Below are positions 50,127-53,552 of a stretch of DNA of 53,552 bases, in pieces (position 1 is the first letter of the stretch; each line of letters starts with the position of its first letter). The translations under genes were made by a program, and so were the position numbers. The stretch is taken from positions 1-53,552 of the forward strand of contig JAUCBJ010008468.1 in NCBI GenBank assembly GCA_032718475.1. The letters are read 5' to 3'. The notes under the pieces were generated by a model, which worked only from the letters and a program-made list of their open reading frames with translations, made no database searches and was not told the DNA's origin. Origin of the DNA: Nemertoderma westbladi. Its lineage: Eukaryota > Animalia > Xenacoelomorpha.

Positions 50127-50629
50127 GGATCCAATAACGAAATCAAACTCATCATTGCTAAAGAAATCGTATCATTTCATCTTCAAATTACCTGTGTTGT
50201 CTGCTGTCGGTTGTCTATTTATCTTTCCTGCGTGCTGTCGGTTGTCTATTTATCTTTCCTGCTGTAGAAAAAAGTAACTGATTTTTTTTCACATGCATCT
50301 GAAATAGATATTGTTGAAGATGTGGAACTGAAGGTATTAATTCTAATCTGAACACAATCAGGGAAGATATTCAGTATCGACCACCTCACCCAGCGCCACA
50401 CCCGGTAAGAGAAAGGGTTTCATCATTCCAGATATTGGGCTAGTCAAAACTGTGTCCTATCCGAGAAGTTAGCCGTCCTTGATACACAATGGGTATGTGC
50501 CAGTGCCCTTTTAATTGGACCAAGAGTCCGGTCAGGTCAGTGGGCAGAAGTAGTATGTGAATCCAATAATTTTGATTACCAAAAATATTACTATTAATTA
50601 ATTGTGAACAAGACAAGAGAACAATACAT

Positions 50630-50835
50630 GACTGGCAGACTGGGGGGGGGCAGTGTCCCCAAAGCCCCCCCGTACGGTACGGGCCTGTGTCTGAGCTACT
50701 CCTGCTGTACTCAAGGATTTTTGATGCTGCCTTCTGTCGCCATTGTGTGTTCTTCAGACCGGACCACATAGGGGAGGGGGGGGGGGGGGGGGGGGGGGGT
50801 CCGCCCCTGCTTCCTTCCTTCTGGATCCGCCCCTG
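50630..50835 (+). mobile_element. hAT-like remnants (TTF-type Zn-finger fragment and MITE ends)
   Basis: LLYSRIFDAAFCRHCVFF at about 50700-50755, plus MITE-like ends tacgggcctg and ggatccgcccctg. Confidence 0.4.
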
Positions 50836-51206
50836 CTGCTGTCGGTTGTCTATTTATCTTTCCTGCTGTCGGTTGTTTGCTGTCGACGTAACGTTTACAC
50901 CCGTATTATTACAGTATACAGTAAACAGTAGTATTATGTTTGTGGACTTGGTGTTAATGGTAACATACTGTGGGGGTGGTTTCAACTATGTTTGGTGGTA
51001 CACGGTAGGATTTCTAATTTGATGATAGTCATTGTCTTTATTTAGTGATGTGGTTTGTATGGTTAGGGGTGGGGTTCGTGGTCAAACAACAAGTACTATT
51101 ACTATAAGATTATATTACAGTTAGGCCTATTATACATATAGTATTATATATATCATTACAGTATAGTATTATTTTTGTGCATTTGGTACTGATTGTAACA
51201 TACTGT

Positions 51207-51237
<31 letters not shown>

Positions 51238-52139
51238 CCAATTCTGTTTGGTGGTACGGTAACTAAATAAATTGTTGACTAAATAACTAAATGGCTCATA
51301 AATTGTTATAATTTTATCCAAATTTGCTGAACAGGTGTGTATTGTTGTCTCCATTATTTATTTTTTAGAGTAGCTCTGTTATCTGCTGGCTACATTCGCT
51401 TCTTGCTCGCTACCAAAGACAGCCAAGTACAGTAGGATTGAGACCCAGTGGCAGCATATGATGGTATTGGCAGATGGGATGCCATGAGGTGGTAAATTGC
51501 GGACATACAAGGTATCAGTTACTATTTCACATGGTTACAGCACCAGACTTCCAACCTGGAAGTCACCAGTTCGATCACACCTGGATGCCATTGTCGACTT
51601 TACTAAGCTGTGCGTAATCAGAGTTATAACCATCATTTTACAATTCAAGATAGATTATATTATATAGAGTAGCTTAGATAAATATTATTTATAATCATAT
51701 TTGATCGTTCAAATATCGATCTATTTTATAAACAATCAAATCACACCGAATTGATCCTAAAAATTAATATCTAATAAAAATGCACAAAACCAAAACAAAT
51801 ATAAACATTTAAACAATCACTCATAAAAATACAAAACATTAAAGATTAGATTACTATAAATTTTTACACCCTGAATTATTTACTACACGATTCACTACGA
51901 ATTTGAAGTATTCACCTCACCTCACATAATATATAATATAAATTTGTCAGATATTGTACCTACAGAATGCATGGGAAAATATGAATTTAAAATCACATTT
52001 GATTCTGTTTTAAAGTTATTTCAATTGCCTGCAACTGAAATGAGTTTGTTTTACTAATAGTGACTTGAATTTATACAAAGAAACATAAACAAACCCTACG
52101 GATCCCCTAAAGGGACATCTCGCCAATTTTTTTTCCTAC

Positions 52140-53220
52140 ATAATAAGTCTGGATCCCAGATAGTAACTCGGGATCCCAGATAGTAACTCGGGATCCAAGA
52201 TAGTAACTCGGGATCCCAGATAGTAACTCGGGATCCCAGATAGTAACTCGGGATCCCAGATAGTAACTCGGGATCCCAGATAGTAACTCGGGATCCCAGA
52301 TAGTAACTCGGGATTACAGATCGTAACTCGAGATCCCAGATAGTAACTCGGGATCCCAGATAGTAACTCTGGATCCCAGATAGTAACTTGGGATCCCAGA
52401 TAGTAACTCGGGATCCCAGATAGTAACTCGGGATCCCAGATAGTAACTCTGGATCCCAGATAGTAACTTGGGATCCCAGATAGTAACTCGGGATCCCAGA
52501 TAGTAACTCGGGATCCAAGATAGTAACTCGGGATCCCAGATTGTAACTCGGGATCCCGAGATAGTAACTCGGGATCCCAGATAGTAACTCGGGATCCCAG
52601 ATAGTAACTCGGGATCCCAGATAGTAACTCGGGATCTCAGATAGTAACTCGGGATCCCGAGATAGTAACTCGGGATCCCAGATAGTAACTCGGGATCCCA
52701 GATAGTAACTCGGGATCCCAGATAGTAACTCGGGATCCAAGATAGTAACTCGGAATCCCAGATAGTAACTCGGGATCCCAGATAGTAACTCGGGATCCCG
52801 AGATAGTAATTCGGGATGCAGAAATATTAACTCGAGATCCCGAGATAATAAGTCGAGATCCAGAGATAGTAACTCGGGATCCCGAGATAATAAGTCGGGA
52901 TCCCGAGATAATAAGTTGGGATCCCGAGATAATAAGTCGGGATCCCGTGATAATAAGTCGGGATCCCGTGATAATAAGTCGGGATCCCGAGGTAATAGTC
53001 GAGATCCAGAGATAATAAGTCGGGATCCCGTGATAATAATAAGTCGGGATCCCGAGATAATAAGTCTGGATCCCGTGATAATAAGTCGGGATCCCGAGAT
53101 AATAAGTCGGGATCCCGAGGTAATAAGTCGGGATCCCGAGGTAATAGTCGAGATCCAAAGATAATAAGTCGGGATCCCGAGGTAATAAGTCGAGATCCAG
53201 AGATAGTAACTCGGGATCGA
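52140..53220. repeat. 20/21-bp satellite containing GGATCC
   Basis: ggatcccagatagtaactcg to about 52800, then gggatcccgagataataagtc. Confidence 0.96.
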
Positions 53221-53224
53221 CTAT

Positions 53225-53446
53225 CACACTTATTTTCTAATTGTTCAGACTTCCACAGTTATTATACCCGATCGTCGACTCAAGGTCATTTTATAGTACC
53301 TCTAACTCATTTAAATGTTGCCCATCAATCTATAAGTGTATCTGGTCCTATTTTCTGGAATGCGCTACCGAATAACATTTGTAAGGCAAAAAATAAAAAA
53401 ACTTTTAAAATCCTCCTTAAAAAGTATCTGATAGACCATATATAAC
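53225..53446 (+). pseudogene. LINE (L2/Crack-like) 3'-end fragment
   Basis: QSISVSGPIFWNALPNNICKAKNKKTFKILLKKYLIDHI*. Confidence 0.7.
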
Positions 53447-53552
53447 CTGAATTAAATAGCAAAATTTAACCATGATTTGAGATTCTTTTTAAATTCTGCT
53501 GTATCCTATTATCTGCGAATTTCCGTAAAAACAAATCGAACATGACACATTG

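Overview
Repeat-dense eukaryotic nuclear DNA, probably from an invertebrate animal, with no intact host gene. The centrepiece is a 24.6-kb BEL/Pao LTR retrotransposon (13135-37783, TSD CTCTG) inserted in a 19/21-bp satellite. Its pol ORF is interrupted inside the RNase H motif (FSDAS|DNGFG) by a 1214-nt insert (26227-27440). By hand, this insert folds into a complete group I self-splicing intron core of IE-like type. It has a P1/IGS with a U.G pair at the 5' splice site, P3-P8, a P7 G-binding site and a terminal G, and its precise removal restores the reading frame. The same element also has an extra 3' zinc-knuckle ORF, a 13-copy dispersed hairpin motif, a duplicated gag region, TA...TA termini and two LTRs with unrelated middles. 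The rest of the window holds two CRE-clade non-LTR elements, a Gypsy element with identical LTRs, SINE/LINE/MITE/piggyBac-like remnants, foldback regions, several satellites and a K2P channel exon remnant. All structures and alignments were done by eye.
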